Virus record (IMG/VR): IMGVR_UViG_3300044948_000587
Origin: an uncultured virus (IMG/VR IMGVR_UViG_3300044948_000587)
Lineage: Duplodnaviria; Heunggongvirae; Uroviricota; Caudoviricetes
Strand: one strand, 5' to 3'
Length of the DNA stretch: 64,000 bases
Every line of letters starts with the position of its first letter. Positions within the stretch are counted from its first letter, which is position 1. The notes below the pieces were generated by a model. It made no database searches. It was not told the origin of the DNA and saw nothing but the letters and a program-made list of their open reading frames with translations. Below are positions 1 through 8,916 of the stretch, one piece after another. The translations under genes were made by a program, and so were the position numbers.

Positions 1-1
1 A

Positions 2-433
2 AATGAAAATACAACATATACACATAACAGATCTAAATCATTACATTTAGATTTATTAATTTTACATGAAAATGAATTATATATTGATGAAGTAAAAGAT
101 GGTATGAGTTTAGACACCAAAAAAAGTGATGCGGAAATTACTGAAATAAAAATGGTAAAAGAATTATGTGAAAATAAAACAAACTTAAAATGTAAATCAA
201 GTATTATATTATGGACATGTCAAGATTTATCAAATGCATCGATTAAAAGTGACGAAGCGAGTGATTATATTGTAATAGGTAGGGATTTATGTGAAATTTT
301 AAATGTTAGTTTTGATGATATTGAAAATAAAAGATACCAATCAAATCGACATAATGGAGAATTTGCCATGAATTATATAAAAGAAATAAATGAAGAAATT
401 ATAAAAATAGAAAAAAATGAAACCACTCTGTAA
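2..433 (+). CDS. Probable PD-(D/E)XK restriction endonuclease, 5'-truncated by window edge
   Basis: The frame of the listed 104..433 ORF is open back to position 2 and reads ...HLDLLILHENELYIDEVKDGMSLDTKKS, a D...E-x-K nuclease-like motif. It overlaps a downstream adenine methylase. Confidence 0.55.
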   Translation, partial: NENTTYTHNRSKSLHLDLLILHENELYIDEVKDGMSLDTKKSDAEITEIKMVKELCENKTNLKCKSSIILWTCQDLSNASIKSDEASDYIVIGRDLCEILNVSFDDIENKRYQSNRHNGEFAMNYIKEINEEIIKIEKNETTL

Positions 434-1241
434 ATGGTCGGGAGGCAAAAGAAATGAAATAAAGTTGTTTCAAAAATACTATCCACAAGAATTTAATGTT
501 TATATTGAACCATTTATCGGAGGAGGAGCCGTTTATTTTGATTTGAATTTTAAAGGTAAAAATGTTATTAATGATGTTCATCCAGATTTAGTTAATTTTT
601 ATAAAATGATTGCAGATGGTCATAGTAAAGAAATTTACGATTTAGCTAGTTCTTGGGGAACTACTGAGATTGATTTTTATATTGTGAGAGGGGGTAGTAA
701 ACAAAAATTAAAAAACGGTGAACTACCTTTTGTTCCAAAAAACGATATTGAAAGAGCCGCACAATTTTATTATTTAAGAAAAACTTGTTTTAGAGGAATG
801 ATTAGATATAACGATGAAGGTAAATTCAATATCCCATGGGGAAGATATAAAACAGTTAATTTTGAGGATTTATTAGTACCGGATTACAATCATCTTTTAA
901 ATAGAACTGATGTAAGTTTAGGTGATTACAAACATATCTTTGAAAAATACAATTCACCTGATAATTTTGTTTTTTTAGACCCACCGTACGATTCTGAATT
1001 TAATGATTATGGTTTTGATGATTTTAATAGACAATCTCAAATAGAGTTGGCTGAAATTTTTAAAACAACTAAAAATAAATGTTTAATGGTGATATCCGAA
1101 ACTGATTTTATTAAAAATCTTTATAAGGATTTTATTGTTGGAACATACCCTAAAAAATATGCATTCAAAATATATAAAGGTAGAATTGGTGATGAAATCG
1201 ATAAAAATCATCTTATTATAATGAATTATAAAAATGAGTAA
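417..1241 (+). CDS. Dam-family (D12 class) N6-adenine DNA methyltransferase
   Basis: KWSGGK N-terminus, EPFIGGGAV SAM-binding motif, FLDPPY catalytic motif. Confidence 0.93.
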   Translation: MKPLCKWSGGKRNEIKLFQKYYPQEFNVYIEPFIGGGAVYFDLNFKGKNVINDVHPDLVNFYKMIADGHSKEIYDLASSWGTTEIDFYIVRGGSKQKLKNGELPFVPKNDIERAAQFYYLRKTCFRGMIRYNDEGKFNIPWGRYKTVNFEDLLVPDYNHLLNRTDVSLGDYKHIFEKYNSPDNFVFLDPPYDSEFNDYGFDDFNRQSQIELAEIFKTTKNKCLMVISETDFIKNLYKDFIVGTYPKKYAFKIYKGRIGDEIDKNHLIIMNYKNE

Positions 1242-3570
1242 TCCTTTTATTAAAGTTACGTGGCAGGATGTTCCTGAAAATTTCACCCCTGAGAAAATCA
1301 GAAGGGTGAAATCTTATTTTGAGAAAAAGTATGGTGCGAAGTCAGTTCAAGTTATTACTAAAACATTGGCCAACGTAAATCAAACACGTTTAGAATCCTT
1401 AGAGGCATCTGATAATATTTTAGACCATCAGTATCAAAAGAAACTGATGAAAGATTTCCTTAGAGATAACAACATTGTTATTAAAGAGGAACTGATGGAA
1501 AGACTAGATAATAAAGTCAACACTCAAATAGATAAGTTAAATGAAAATAAAGTTAGATATAACAAATGGTACATCAAGAAAGTTGAATTCTCAAACTTTT
1601 TATCATTTGGTGATAATAATGTTATTGATTTTACAGGTTTGGACGGCATTACTGTAATTGAATCCACACCCAAAAATTTTGGTGGTAAATCAACATCATC
1701 AGTTGACCTTTTAATGTTCTTATTTTTTAATGCAACAACCAAAACTAAAACCAACGGTGAAATCTTTAACAGATTTACAGATAAAAATGAGGTAAGTGTT
1801 CGAGGTGAAATTACTATTGACGGAGAAGATTATGTAATTGAAAGAAAGACTTCTCGTAAAATGAGTAAGTCGGGTGAATATACAATTAAAAACGAATTAG
1901 AATTCTTTAAGAAAGATGAAGATGGGACTATCGTCAATTTATCTGGTGAACAAAGAAGGGAAACCGAAGCGTTTATAACTTCAGCAATTGGAACCCAAGA
2001 AGATTTCTTGTCAACCATTTTAACAACAGGATATAATTTAGAAGAGTTAATTGAATCTAAACCAACTGCTCGTGGACAAATTTTAACAAAGTTCATGGGA
2101 TTAGAAAGTCTTAAATTAAAAGAGGAAATTGCTAAAGAAATTTTCAACGATTGGAGTAAAAAATTAATTTCTAACACACACGACAAAGTTAATTTAGAAT
2201 CTGATAATCAAACATATAAAGAAAGTATCACTAACTCCGAAAGTGATATTGTTAGATTAACAAAAGACTTAGGTAAGTTTGAAAAGGATTTAGAAAAGTT
2301 AGAAAAGAAAAGAGACGAAGTATTCTTAAAAAGAAACAATGATGTTGATAAAGAATTATTGAATACAAACCCAACTTTATTACAAAGAGAAGTTACTTTT
2401 TTATTAACTCAAAAAAACGTAAGTCAAACAAACGCGGATAATATTTCAGTTATAGAACCATCACAATATTATCATGAGGACCAACACAAAGAGTTAAGAG
2501 GTGAGATGGCCAATCTTCAAGGAATTGATGTTGTATGCAAACACGAAAAAAGTGACAGAGAAAAACTAATAAAGAAATTTGAAGAAGGGACAGTTTGTCC
2601 AACTTGTAATAGAGCGTTAGATGAGGTAGACCACACAGATGAAATCAATAAAATTAAAAAAGAAATTGAAGACATCATCAAGTCAATGGAAGAAAATCAA
2701 ATTCAATTTGATTTATTAAAAGAACAATCCGAATCGTTTGACACATTAAAGACTGAGTTTGAAACTTACGAAAAGAATAAACTTCGTAAAGAAAGATATG
2801 AATTGGAGGTTGAACAAAAACAACTTGAGATTGATACTAAACAAACAAGACTAGATAATTACGAAAGTAATAAAAAGAAACTTGAGGATAATCAAAAAAT
2901 AGATGCTGAAGTAATATCCCTTAAGACTAAAATTGAAACGGCAAACGGAGACATAAGACAAACAAATACTAACATTGAAAAACATACCAACAATATCACT
3001 AACATGAATGATAAGATTGGTATCAATGAAGAGTTGATTAAAAAAATAACAGCCGAAGAAGAGTTGTTGTCTGTGTTTAAAATATACCTAACTGTTTATG
3101 GTAAGAATGGTATTTCAAAAATCATACTTAAAAATATGGTACCGTTAATCAACCAAGAGTTATATCGTTTGTTAGTGGATAGTTGTCATTTCATTTTAGA
3201 GATGAATATAAACGATAAGAACGAGGTTGAATTTATAATGATAGATACTGAGACACGAATTGTTAAACCTCTTAATGCGGGGTCTGGTTACGAAAGAACC
3301 ATATCCTCTTTAGCACTTCGTAGTGTGTTAACTAAAATTTCATCATTACCTAAACCAAACATTGTGGTAATGGATGAAGTATTTGGTAAGATAGCGGATG
3401 AGAACTTAGAAATGGTAGGGGAATTCTTTAAGAAAATTAAAAATTACTTTGACCACATACTTGTTATATCACACAATTCTTTAATACGCAACTGGTCAGA
3501 TAATATTATCATGATTAAGAAAGAAGAAAACGTTTCATCAATAGATTTTATCACTACCAAGATTTCTTAA
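1234..3570 (+). CDS. SbcC/Rad50/gp46-like SMC ATPase (recombination nuclease subunit)
   Basis: NFLSFG, GGKST Walker A, long coiled coil with CPTC zinc hook, GSGYE signature, VVMDE Walker B, ISH motif. Confidence 0.92.
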   Translation: MSNPFIKVTWQDVPENFTPEKIRRVKSYFEKKYGAKSVQVITKTLANVNQTRLESLEASDNILDHQYQKKLMKDFLRDNNIVIKEELMERLDNKVNTQIDKLNENKVRYNKWYIKKVEFSNFLSFGDNNVIDFTGLDGITVIESTPKNFGGKSTSSVDLLMFLFFNATTKTKTNGEIFNRFTDKNEVSVRGEITIDGEDYVIERKTSRKMSKSGEYTIKNELEFFKKDEDGTIVNLSGEQRRETEAFITSAIGTQEDFLSTILTTGYNLEELIESKPTARGQILTKFMGLESLKLKEEIAKEIFNDWSKKLISNTHDKVNLESDNQTYKESITNSESDIVRLTKDLGKFEKDLEKLEKKRDEVFLKRNNDVDKELLNTNPTLLQREVTFLLTQKNVSQTNADNISVIEPSQYYHEDQHKELRGEMANLQGIDVVCKHEKSDREKLIKKFEEGTVCPTCNRALDEVDHTDEINKIKKEIEDIIKSMEENQIQFDLLKEQSESFDTLKTEFETYEKNKLRKERYELEVEQKQLEIDTKQTRLDNYESNKKKLEDNQKIDAEVISLKTKIETANGDIRQTNTNIEKHTNNITNMNDKIGINEELIKKITAEEELLSVFKIYLTVYGKNGISKIILKNMVPLINQELYRLLVDSCHFILEMNINDKNEVEFIMIDTETRIVKPLNAGSGYERTISSLALRSVLTKISSLPKPNIVVMDEVFGKIADENLEMVGEFFKKIKNYFDHILVISHNSLIRNWSDNIIMIKKEENVSSIDFITTKIS

Positions 3571-4368
3571 TTTTAAAATATAATCTTTAAGACCATTTTC
3601 TAAATTCCATTTAGATTTCCAACCAAACATCCATTTATGTGGTTTACTTTCAGTATGGAATTGATATCCATTAGGAATATCTTTTTCATCATGATATGTG
3701 TATGGTATGTTTAAATTATCTAACACATCTTCAAAGGTTCTTGCAACACCATTACCAACTTCATACCAATCACCTGCGTTTTCTTTGTAATTTTCCATTG
3801 CAAATATGTTGGCACTTATAATGTCTTTTACATAAACAAAATCTCGTTTAGGTTTAAGTGGAAATAATTTAATTTCCAAACCTTCTTCTTGTTTTTGTAA
3901 CATTTGATATGCAACTGAAGCCATCTTTCCTTTATTATGTTCTAAAGGACCATAGACATTAAAATAACGTAAAGCAATCCCACCATTTTTAATTACTAAT
4001 TGTTCCGCAACGTACTTACTCCAACCATATAGGTTAGATGGGTGTATACCATTAGTTCCGTAATTTGCTGCTGACGATGAATATATGAGTTTACTGTTCA
4101 TTGTGTTTGACCATTCAGATAAACAACGTGTAAATTCGTAGTTTCTGGTCATCATATAATTGACATCTGTTTCCAAAGTATCGGAACAAGCACCTACGTG
4201 AAATATGACATCAGGGACAAAATCGTCTAATAAATCAAATATTTCATCATACCATTTAGGTAGGTCAAAAATGTCTTCATTTATTTCTAAAATTACATGG
4301 TTATTTACAAGTTCATTTAATAGGTTTTTTCCAATAAAACCATTTGTTCCTGTTATTAAAATTCTCAT
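3538..4368 (-). CDS. hldD: ADP-L-glycero-D-manno-heptose 6-epimerase-like SDR
   Basis: ITGTNGFIG, FHVGACSDT, YSSSAANYG, YGWSK, LRYFNVYGP..HKGKMAS, RDFVYV. Confidence 0.85.
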   Translation of the reverse strand: MRILITGTNGFIGKNLLNELVNNHVILEINEDIFDLPKWYDEIFDLLDDFVPDVIFHVGACSDTLETDVNYMMTRNYEFTRCLSEWSNTMNSKLIYSSSAANYGTNGIHPSNLYGWSKYVAEQLVIKNGGIALRYFNVYGPLEHNKGKMASVAYQMLQKQEEGLEIKLFPLKPKRDFVYVKDIISANIFAMENYKENAGDWYEVGNGVARTFEDVLDNLNIPYTYHDEKDIPNGYQFHTESKPHKWMFGWKSKWNLENGLKDYILKLRNLGSDKIY

Positions 4369-4369
4369 A

Positions 4370-5134
4370 TTATTTTTTTTTTCTAATTATTGGAACACTA
4401 ACACCTCTTTTTTGAACAACGATAGATGCCATTTCATTTGCGTATATTATTGACTCCTCAATATTTTTTGTTTCTAAATATTTTACGGTAAATGATGCGG
4501 TAAAAGTATCACCAGCACCACTCACATCAATGGTTTCACGTGGATCAGGTGATGGATATATATTATCCATATATTTTGCACCTTTTGAACCTAACGTTAC
4601 AATTAACTTATTTGGATAAAGTTTCTTAACATCATCACTAAAATTACGATACTCATGTTCATTTAATTTAATAAAATTAAAATTAGATACGAGGTCAGGT
4701 GAGATTTGTTTTTTTGTATCCATAACAATAAAACGAGAATGATAAGCAATCTCTAATAGTAATTTTTCATTTAAAAATCCTTTATTATAATCACTCACAA
4801 TAATTGCATCCGAATCTTTTATCTCATCGATGACACTATCAGTTAATTCCAAGGGTGTAATTGTCTCCTCACCCTCATCAACCCTAATAAACATGTGGTT
4901 AGATTTATCGTCCACATATCTTGTTTTCTTAATTGGTTGAAATTGATGTATATGTTTTATTATAATATCATAGTTTAACGATTTCAAATTTTCAATTACA
5001 TTCCCACCCATTCCAAAATTTCTCTCCACGTATAATGGATTAAAAACGGGGACAGGAGCTTCAGGACTTAATCTTTTAGTTTCACCATATACGAATATAT
5101 CCGTACATATCTCACCTATTACAGTTATTTTCAT
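4370..5134 (-). CDS. hldE: Heptose-7-phosphate kinase (HldE/RfaE kinase domain, PfkB family)
   Basis: RLSPEAPVPV, SDYNKG, DVSGAGDTF; kinase domain only, no adenylyltransferase domain. Confidence 0.85.
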   Translation of the reverse strand: MKITVIGEICTDIFVYGETKRLSPEAPVPVFNPLYVERNFGMGGNVIENLKSLNYDIIIKHIHQFQPIKKTRYVDDKSNHMFIRVDEGEETITPLELTDSVIDEIKDSDAIIVSDYNKGFLNEKLLLEIAYHSRFIVMDTKKQISPDLVSNFNFIKLNEHEYRNFSDDVKKLYPNKLIVTLGSKGAKYMDNIYPSPDPRETIDVSGAGDTFTASFTVKYLETKNIEESIIYANEMASIVVQKRGVSVPIIRKKK

Positions 5135-5137
5135 AAT

Positions 5138-5200
5138 AAAATATAAAATAAATAATTAACAGTTTCAATTTTTTATTCTAAATAAAATTCCATATATTTG
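5138..5200. promoter_or_regulatory. Divergent Bacteroidota-type promoters (hldE on minus, clpP on plus)
   Basis: Plus strand TATATTTG at 5193-5200 matches TAnnTTTG. Minus strand ATTG (5166-5169)-N20-TATATTTT (5138-5145). Confidence 0.55.
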
Positions 5201-5221
5201 TCACATACAAATAAACTTATT

Positions 5222-5896
5222 ATGACACCAAAAGATTATCAAAGTTTCGGTCTTTACGCTAAAGATCAAGGGATTAGTTCGTTAAAGTTACATCACTACA
5301 ATAAACGGATTGAGGATAGTCTAACCCCCTATATATTAGAGGAAAGACAAATGAATGTAACCATTATGGATGTGTTTTCACGTTTAATGATGGAACGAAT
5401 TATATGGGTTGCTGGTGGGGTTGATGACCATATGTCAACAATCTGTCAAGCACAATTAATGTTTTTAGATAGTTTAGATAATAATGACATTACAATGCAC
5501 ATCGATTCTCCGGGTGGTAGTGTTAAGTCTGGGTTATCTATTGTAGATGTTATGGATTATATCTCATCGGATATTAGAACCATTAACACAGGGATGGCGG
5601 CATCAATGGGTTCGGTTTTATTAGGTGCGGGAACTAAAGGAAAAAGAGGTTCTTTAAGATTTTCACAAACCATGTTACATCAATCTTCAGGTGGGGCAGT
5701 CGGTAATATCCAAGACGCTGAAATTAGTATGGTTGAGTGGAGAAAGGTAAATGACACCTTATTTACCCTTTTAGGTGAGTATTGTGGTAAAACAGCCGAA
5801 CAGGTTAAAACTGATGCAACTAGAGATTTATGGTTAAATGCGGAGGATGCACTTTCATATGGTATTATTGACGAAATAGTTAAGAAAAAGAAATAA
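5222..5896 (+). CDS. clpP: ATP-dependent Clp protease proteolytic subunit
   Basis: DVFSRLMMERII, IDSPGGSV, GMAASMG (catalytic Ser), MLHQ, RDLWLNAEDALSYGIID. ATG at 5222 preferred over TTG at 5198. Confidence 0.95.
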   Translation: MTPKDYQSFGLYAKDQGISSLKLHHYNKRIEDSLTPYILEERQMNVTIMDVFSRLMMERIIWVAGGVDDHMSTICQAQLMFLDSLDNNDITMHIDSPGGSVKSGLSIVDVMDYISSDIRTINTGMAASMGSVLLGAGTKGKRGSLRFSQTMLHQSSGGAVGNIQDAEISMVEWRKVNDTLFTLLGEYCGKTAEQVKTDATRDLWLNAEDALSYGIIDEIVKKKK

Positions 5897-5898
5897 GT

Positions 5899-5925
5899 AA
5901 AAGGGAACAAAAGTTCCCTTTCTTC
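5899..5925 (+). terminator. Hairpin, probable intrinsic terminator after clpP
   Basis: aaagggaac-aaaa-gttcccttt followed by a short pyrimidine tract. Confidence 0.6.
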
Positions 5926-5947
5926 ATATTTATAATAAACACATAAT

Positions 5948-6283
5948 ATGAAGATTGATAAAACAAACGTACTATTAGTTTTAATCGCTTGTTTGGCCGC
6001 ATACACAATATTTCAGAATCAAGGTATAAAAACCGACGTTGCTGGTTATAATGCGAAAATTGAATCCCTACAAAAAGAGATAGATTCGGTTTATGTTGCA
6101 AACAAAAAGATTGATAATCAAATTGAAAAGGTTGATAACCACATCGTTAACGTAGATAAAGAAATTGACAATGTGACTAAAAACATAACTATTATTAAAA
6201 ACAACACAGATGAAAAAGTTAATTCTATTACTACTATTGGTAATGTCGAGCTTGAGCAGTTATTCACAAACAGATACAACTAA
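5948..6283 (+). CDS. Membrane-anchored coiled-coil protein (possibly i-spanin-like)
   Basis: N-terminal TM helix followed by heptad-rich sequence; overlaps the next gene. Confidence 0.5.
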   Translation: MKIDKTNVLLVLIACLAAYTIFQNQGIKTDVAGYNAKIESLQKEIDSVYVANKKIDNQIEKVDNHIVNVDKEIDNVTKNITIIKNNTDEKVNSITTIGNVELEQLFTNRYN

Positions 6284-6635
6284 AATTATCGTTTCTGATA
6301 CAAATAAGGTCACCTTACCAACAAGAGTTGCTAGATTAGCATTTCAAGATTTACTTCGTTACGACGGTGCCAAATTAGAGATTAATGAGTTAAATAAGGT
6401 AATAACACTTAAAGACGAACAAATTGGTTTGTTTAAACAAAAAGATTCATTAAAGGACCAAAAAATTGGAAATTTAGAATTAATCATCAATAAAAAAGAT
6501 GAACAATTTGGATTAGAAAGACAAAAATCTGAAAGTTTATTAAAAGAACTTAAAGGTCAAAGAGCTAAAACATTCCTTTATAAAGTTGGGTCCTTTGTTG
6601 GAATAATTGCAACTTCATTATATCTTCTTAAGTAA
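6210..6635 (+). CDS. Secreted or membrane coiled-coil protein
   Basis: Signal peptide MKKLILLLLLVMSSLSSYSQ, coiled coil, hydrophobic C-terminus. Confidence 0.55.
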   Translation: MKKLILLLLLVMSSLSSYSQTDTTKIIVSDTNKVTLPTRVARLAFQDLLRYDGAKLEINELNKVITLKDEQIGLFKQKDSLKDQKIGNLELIINKKDEQFGLERQKSESLLKELKGQRAKTFLYKVGSFVGIIATSLYLLK

Positions 6636-6637
6636 AG

Positions 6638-7285
6638 ATGAAAAAATATTTAAACGTCAAGAATTTTACGATTGTTATTCTGATAATACTATTATTCTTG
6701 GCATTTTTTAATCCAGGAGGATACCTACCTAATAGGACAAATATAATGGTTGATTCAATACCATATGCGGTTCATGATACCATCTCTGTTGATAATTTAG
6801 TTGAGGTTGAAGTAGAAGTCGAGGTTCCTGTTGAGGTTGAAGTTGAGAAAAGGGTTGAGGTACCCGTTCTAACTCCTGTTGATACTAATGAAATATTGAA
6901 AGTTTATTTTGCAAAAATCCAACACAAGGAAGTATTAACGTTACCTAACAATCAAGGGATTGTAACTATAACTGACACAATTTCGAAAAACAACATAGTC
7001 AATCGTAAGTTTATTGCAGATATAAAACGTATGATTGTTAAAGATACTATCTACACACAAATACCAAGAAAAACTGAGGCTTATTTAGGTATTGATGCTA
7101 AATTTGATAAACCTAATGTTGTGAATATCATTGGATTGAGCATGTTATTTAAAAATAAAGATGATAATCACATGTATAGATTGGGTGTCGGGGTCACAAA
7201 TAGAACTGATGACCAAGGAAGTACAGGTAAATTAACACCGTTTATTGGAGGGGGAGTTTATTGGAAAGTTAAATTAAGAAAGTAA
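6638..7285 (+). CDS. Membrane-anchored protein with VE/VEV repeats and C-terminal amphipathic beta strands
   Basis: N-terminal TM, VEVEVEVEVPVEVEVEKRVEVP, ends PFIGGGVYWKVKLRK. Confidence 0.55.
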   Translation: MKKYLNVKNFTIVILIILLFLAFFNPGGYLPNRTNIMVDSIPYAVHDTISVDNLVEVEVEVEVPVEVEVEKRVEVPVLTPVDTNEILKVYFAKIQHKEVLTLPNNQGIVTITDTISKNNIVNRKFIADIKRMIVKDTIYTQIPRKTEAYLGIDAKFDKPNVVNIIGLSMLFKNKDDNHMYRLGVGVTNRTDDQGSTGKLTPFIGGGVYWKVKLRK

Positions 7286-7309
7286 TTCACCAACCAATAT
7301 TTTATTTAA

Positions 7310-7750
7310 ATGAAGACATATATTTTATTCATATTTGGAATGTTCGACGACCATGAAGATATTGAATTTTTCTGTACCCAAGTTCTTGCTGAAAGTAAAG
7401 TAATTGAATCTGTTAGGTTTGTAATTGAAAATTCCCAAAACATTATTGTCATTTTTGACTCAGAATTTGACCATAAAAACATATCAAATGAACTTTTTGG
7501 TTTACTGATAAATGATAATATTAAATTTTACTTTATATTTGATAGGGAGAATTTAGTAACAGCACACTTACCTGCCGAGGTAAAAGATTTTATATTTAAA
7601 CCATCAAATGCTAATCACATAGTTAGAGTTGAATATGAAAAAACAAGTCCTATTTTGGATTTAGACCAACTACTTGAAAAAATAGAAGAATCAGGAATTG
7701 CTAGTTTAACTTCCGAAGAAAAAAAATTCTTAGATAATTTTGATAATTAA
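7310..7750 (+). CDS. Hypothetical protein with C-terminal DUF6576-like motif
   Basis: LDQLLEKIEESGIASLTSEEKKFLD resembles the helical tail of Bacteroidota rhomboid proteins. Confidence 0.5.
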   Translation: MKTYILFIFGMFDDHEDIEFFCTQVLAESKVIESVRFVIENSQNIIVIFDSEFDHKNISNELFGLLINDNIKFYFIFDRENLVTAHLPAEVKDFIFKPSNANHIVRVEYEKTSPILDLDQLLEKIEESGIASLTSEEKKFLDNFDN

Positions 7751-7770
7751 TCAAAAAATTCGTATCTTAG
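7739..7770 (+). promoter_or_regulatory. Bacteroidota-type promoter upstream of sigma factor
   Basis: TTTG (7739-7742)-N20-TATCTTAG (7763-7770); one mismatch to TAnnTTTG. Confidence 0.55.
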
Positions 7771-7794
7771 TCCTACACTAACAATAACTTACCA

Positions 7795-8610
7795 ATGAAG
7801 AAATCCATCTTAGTCAACGCCGACGAACTAACAAACTACATCAAAGATTTACGTAAAATTCCTGTAATCACACACGAAAGACAGGAAATTATTTTTAATT
7901 TGTTGAATAATAAAAATACAACAAAGGAAGATAAAAAGAAATTACATGATGAGTTAATTGTTGGTAATCTTAGATTTGTAATATCCGTATCAAAAGCGTA
8001 TCAAAATCAAGGGATGGATTTACTTGATATCATATCTGAAGGTAACATAGGATTAATTAAAGCGGCCGAAAGGTTTGACCCTACAAGTGGGTTAAAATTT
8101 ATATCTTATGCGGTGTGGTGGGTTAGACAATCAATCATGGCATTTTTAAATGAAAATGCTAGAACAATTAGAATCCCTTCAAATTTAGTTCAAGAGGCTC
8201 AAAAGAATAAAAAATTAGATTTAAGCGACGAGGATAAATTCTACACAAATAATTCAGAAGAAAGTACACCAATAGGAACACAATTACCATATTGTGTTGG
8301 TCTATATCGTGAAATTAATGAGGATGGGGACCAACTAATTGATGTAATTCCAAATAGAGAAGTTATAAGTCCTGATGAAATATTAAACACACCTGAAGAA
8401 ATAAAAAAGAAAGTGTCTTTAATGTTGGGGGTTTTAGACGAAAGAGAAAAAACAATTATTGAAAAATATTACGGATTAACTGGTATAGAATCCAATTTAG
8501 AAGATTTGGGTGATGAATTTGGATGTACAAAAGAACGTATCCGACAACTAAGAGATAAAGCAATAAAGAAGCTCAGAAACGAGAGTTTTGGGTTATTAAA
8601 CTATTTATAA
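7795..8610 (+). CDS. RNA polymerase sigma-70 factor, RpoD/SigA-like, lacking region 1.1
   Basis: NLRFVISV, EGNIGLIKAAERFDP, KFISYAVWWVRQ, RTIRIP, region 4 TKERIRQ. Confidence 0.93.
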   Translation: MKKSILVNADELTNYIKDLRKIPVITHERQEIIFNLLNNKNTTKEDKKKLHDELIVGNLRFVISVSKAYQNQGMDLLDIISEGNIGLIKAAERFDPTSGLKFISYAVWWVRQSIMAFLNENARTIRIPSNLVQEAQKNKKLDLSDEDKFYTNNSEESTPIGTQLPYCVGLYREINEDGDQLIDVIPNREVISPDEILNTPEEIKKKVSLMLGVLDEREKTIIEKYYGLTGIESNLEDLGDEFGCTKERIRQLRDKAIKKLRNESFGLLNYL

Positions 8611-8622
8611 AAATATAACATT

Positions 8623-8916
8623 ATGAAAAAGTTAATCGAATTAATAAAAACATATAAACTACAGATACTGATTTTTTTAACAGTCATATTCTTTTTTCGC
8701 TCTTGTAGTAATTCAAGTAAAGTGACTAAATTAGAAAAAATTGTAAAACAACAGGTTACCATTAATGATAGTCTTAAAATCACACATAAAAACGAAAAAA
8801 TAGCAATTCACGGTTTTTATGATAATTGGATTACACAAAAAGATAGGGGACCACAGTTAATGGAACTACATTTCATTGTTAAAGAAAAACTAAAAAAAGA
8901 ACAAGAATCTAAATGA
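8623..8916 (+). CDS. Small membrane protein
   Basis: Hydrophobic N-terminal segment ending FFFRSC. Confidence 0.6.
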   Translation: MKKLIELIKTYKLQILIFLTVIFFFRSCSNSSKVTKLEKIVKQQVTINDSLKITHKNEKIAIHGFYDNWITQKDRGPQLMELHFIVKEKLKKEQESK

